Assembly (NCBI GenBank): GCA_002746415.1
Contig: NVXD01000015.1
Span: forward strand, 205,412-269,411
DNA: 64,000 nt
Direction: 5' to 3'
Source of the DNA: Flavobacteriaceae bacterium
GTDB lineage: Bacteria; Bacteroidota; Bacteroidia; Flavobacteriales; Flavobacteriaceae
Part shown: piece by piece, positions 61,987 to 64,000 of the stretch
Numbering within the stretch: position 1 is the first letter of the stretch
Layout: each line of letters starts with the position of its first letter
Position numbers and translations under genes: made by a program
The notes under the pieces: model-generated
The model's input: only the letters and a program-made list of their open reading frames with translations
Told to the model about the DNA's origin: nothing
The model's database searches: none

Positions 61987-62013
61987 AAACCCATCTAACA
62001 GATGGGTTTTTTG
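61987..62013 (+). terminator. intrinsic terminator after greA
   Basis: aaacccatc-taaca-gatgggttt followed by tttt. Confidence 0.65.
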
Positions 62014-62030
62014 ATTTAAAAAAAGAAAGT

Positions 62031-62423
62031 ATGCCTAGTATTTTTACAAAAATCATTACTGGTGAAATTCCATGTTACAAAATAGCAGAGGACGATACTT
62101 TTTTTGCCTTCCTCGATATTAATCCCAATGCGAAAGGACATACCCTATGTATTCCTAAAAAGGAAGTGAATAAAATCATGGACTTGGATGAAGAAACGTA
62201 TATGGGGCTTATGGCGTTTTCTAGAAAAGTGGGCAGAGCAATTGAAAAAGTAATTGATTGTAAGCGGGTTGGGATAACGGTAATTGGATTGGAAGTGCCG
62301 CATGTGCATGTGCATTTAATTCCCTTGAACAGCATGAAAGATGCTACATTTCAACATAAAATAGCACTTAAAAAAGAGGATTTTTTGGAAATAGCAGATA
62401 AAATTCGGGCTAAAATTGAATAA
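62031..62423 (+). CDS. HIT family (histidine triad) nucleotide hydrolase
   Basis: 130 aa with the histidine triad HVHVHLIP. Confidence 0.85.
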   Translation: MPSIFTKIITGEIPCYKIAEDDTFFAFLDINPNAKGHTLCIPKKEVNKIMDLDEETYMGLMAFSRKVGRAIEKVIDCKRVGITVIGLEVPHVHVHLIPLNSMKDATFQHKIALKKEDFLEIADKIRAKIE

Positions 62424-62766
62424 AGCCCTCCAAATACCCATAGACCACAGCAGCTACAGCTGAAATTAAAAACAATATCAAAGCATAAAACAAGGTCGTA
62501 TAGCGAATGCTTGCCTTTTCCGGAACAGTCATTTTTTGATAGTAGTCAAAAATTCGTTCAATATCATCTGTCCACTTAACAGGATAAATTATAGAACTAC
62601 ATTTATTACATATAATTTGATTGGATACTTCTCCAGTTATTCTATGGTAAAATCTACCATATTTATGTTTTTGATAAAAGGAAAGTTTCATATCTTGATT
62701 AAAACACTCAGGACAATTGTTGGTCAAATCTGCTTCTTTAATTACTTCTAGTTTTTCTTTCGCCAT
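62410..62766 (-). CDS. hypothetical zinc-ribbon-like protein with C-terminal TM anchor
   Basis: CPECFNQ...CNKCSS pairs and a C-terminal hydrophobic helix (LFYALILFLISAVAAVVYG). 118 aa. Confidence 0.35.
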   Translation of the reverse strand: MAKEKLEVIKEADLTNNCPECFNQDMKLSFYQKHKYGRFYHRITGEVSNQIICNKCSSIIYPVKWTDDIERIFDYYQKMTVPEKASIRYTTLFYALILFLISAVAAVVYGYLEGFIQF

Positions 62767-62769
62767 AAC

Positions 62770-63918
62770 TCAAGTATTTGTTTTTAAAGATATTTGCATG
62801 ATAGTGCCCTCTTTACCAGAAGAAAGTACTTTAATCTTACCTTTGTGGTATTCTTCCACAATTCTTTTCACTAAAGATAATCCAAGTCCCCAACCTCTTT
62901 GTTTAGAAGTAAAACCGGGAGTAAATATATTCTGGAAATCATTCTTTGGTATGCCATGACCGGTATCGGAAACCAAAACCTTTATTTGGTTGCCATCAGG
63001 CACAATCTCTATGCTAATGCTGCCTTTACCCTTCATGGCGTCAATTCCGTTTTTTACTAGATTTTCAATCGTCCAATTGTAAAGAGTTCGATTTAACATA
63101 ACAGGTATATGGGATACTTTGGAATCAAAAGAAAAATGAATCAATTTAGAGCTTCTTAATTTCAGATAATCAAATGCTTTTTGAGTTTCTTCCACAATAT
63201 CATATTCATCCAATTTTGGTAAAGAACCTATTTTAGAAAAACGTTCCGTAATGGTTTCTAGTCGAGTGATGTCCTTTTCTATCTCTTTTGTAATATTTGG
63301 ATTAATATTTTCAGCTTTGAGCAACTCGTTCCACCCTAAGAGAGAAGAAAGTGGAGTTCCAATTTGATGCGCGGTTTCTTTTGCCATTCCTGCCCAAAGT
63401 TTATTTTGTTCAGAAACTTTATTGGTTTTAAAGAGAAAATATATAACAGCACCAAACAAGAGGATAATCAATAATAGTGCTATGGGATAATACTTTAATT
63501 TATTGAGCACATCAGAGTTTCCATAATACAGTGTAGCTAGATGTTCCCCTTTGTCCTCAATTAGGATAGGATTGTTTTCATTTTGAAATTGCTTCATTAT
63601 TTTTTCTATCCTTCCCTTATCCTGTGAGATTTCTTTGGGCATATTATTTACCCTAATGGAGCCGTCCTTATTCACCAAAATCATTGGAGTGGAAGTATTG
63701 CTTTGAAATACCTTTAGGGTTAGGTTTCCCAATTCTGCTGTTGCTGAAGACAGCAACAACTCGGATTGTGCTGTTGCCCAAATTTCCATTTTATTCCGTT
63801 CCTCTTCCTTAAATTTTCTAAAAAAACTATTGGTGTTCCAAAGAATGAGGCTTACAATAGCAAAGATTGCTATCACTATAATAAAATTAGAAGTTTTCTT
63901 TTTTGGATTAAAGTTCAT
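62770..63918 (-). CDS. two-component sensor histidine kinase
   Basis: Two TM segments flank a periplasmic loop, then a HisKA H-box (AHQIGTPLSSLLGWNELL) and HATPase_c (GHGIPKNDFQNIFTPGFTSKQRGWGLGLSLVK). Confidence 0.85.
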   Translation of the reverse strand: MNFNPKKKTSNFIIVIAIFAIVSLILWNTNSFFRKFKEEERNKMEIWATAQSELLLSSATAELGNLTLKVFQSNTSTPMILVNKDGSIRVNNMPKEISQDKGRIEKIMKQFQNENNPILIEDKGEHLATLYYGNSDVLNKLKYYPIALLLIILLFGAVIYFLFKTNKVSEQNKLWAGMAKETAHQIGTPLSSLLGWNELLKAENINPNITKEIEKDITRLETITERFSKIGSLPKLDEYDIVEETQKAFDYLKLRSSKLIHFSFDSKVSHIPVMLNRTLYNWTIENLVKNGIDAMKGKGSISIEIVPDGNQIKVLVSDTGHGIPKNDFQNIFTPGFTSKQRGWGLGLSLVKRIVEEYHKGKIKVLSSGKEGTIMQISLKTNT

Positions 63919-64000
63919 CCGACAGGGTAAATTGACTTTAAATATAACTTAAATTGCTCAAAAATGTTGTGTTTGTTATCAAACCAGAGGTTTTTATTGC

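Overview
The window is a low-GC (about 33-35%) chromosomal segment that looks Flavobacteriia-like (Bacteroidota). It is dense with housekeeping genes on both strands: glyQS, xth, radA, panDC, glmS, atpDC, a split biotin cluster (bioF, bioD, bioA, bioB), recX, an RNase E/G-family ribonuclease, HU, and the gliding-motility block mutY-ssb-gldE-gldD in the gene order I recall from Flavobacterium johnsoniae. It also carries rplU-rpmA, ahcY, greA and several TonB-dependent receptors. I found no rRNA, tRNA, CRISPR array, transposase or integrase. The most notable features are: (1) a clear TPP riboswitch (THI-box) in front of a TonB-dependent receptor; (2) a tightly overlapping four-gene operon (YkoF/MTH1187-like, PnuC, NadR-type P-loop kinase, and a 513-aa DUF4301-like protein with nucleotide-sugar-pyrophosphorylase-like PGGHG/glycine-loop motifs) that may be an uncharacterised vitamin or nucleoside salvage module; (3) a FabF-like beta-ketoacyl synthase plus an NfeD/flotillin pair embedded in the biotin cluster, which has no recognisable bioC or bioH; (4) a DUF1080 lipoprotein paired with a beta-propeller dehydrogenase-like protein carrying a C-terminal cupredoxin domain; (5) a frameshifted aldo/keto reductase; and (6) terminator-like hairpins in the greA and atpD leaders. 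Many starts proposed by the ORF track are TTG or GTG, and I adjusted several to internal ATGs where a signal peptide or a conserved N-terminus supports it.
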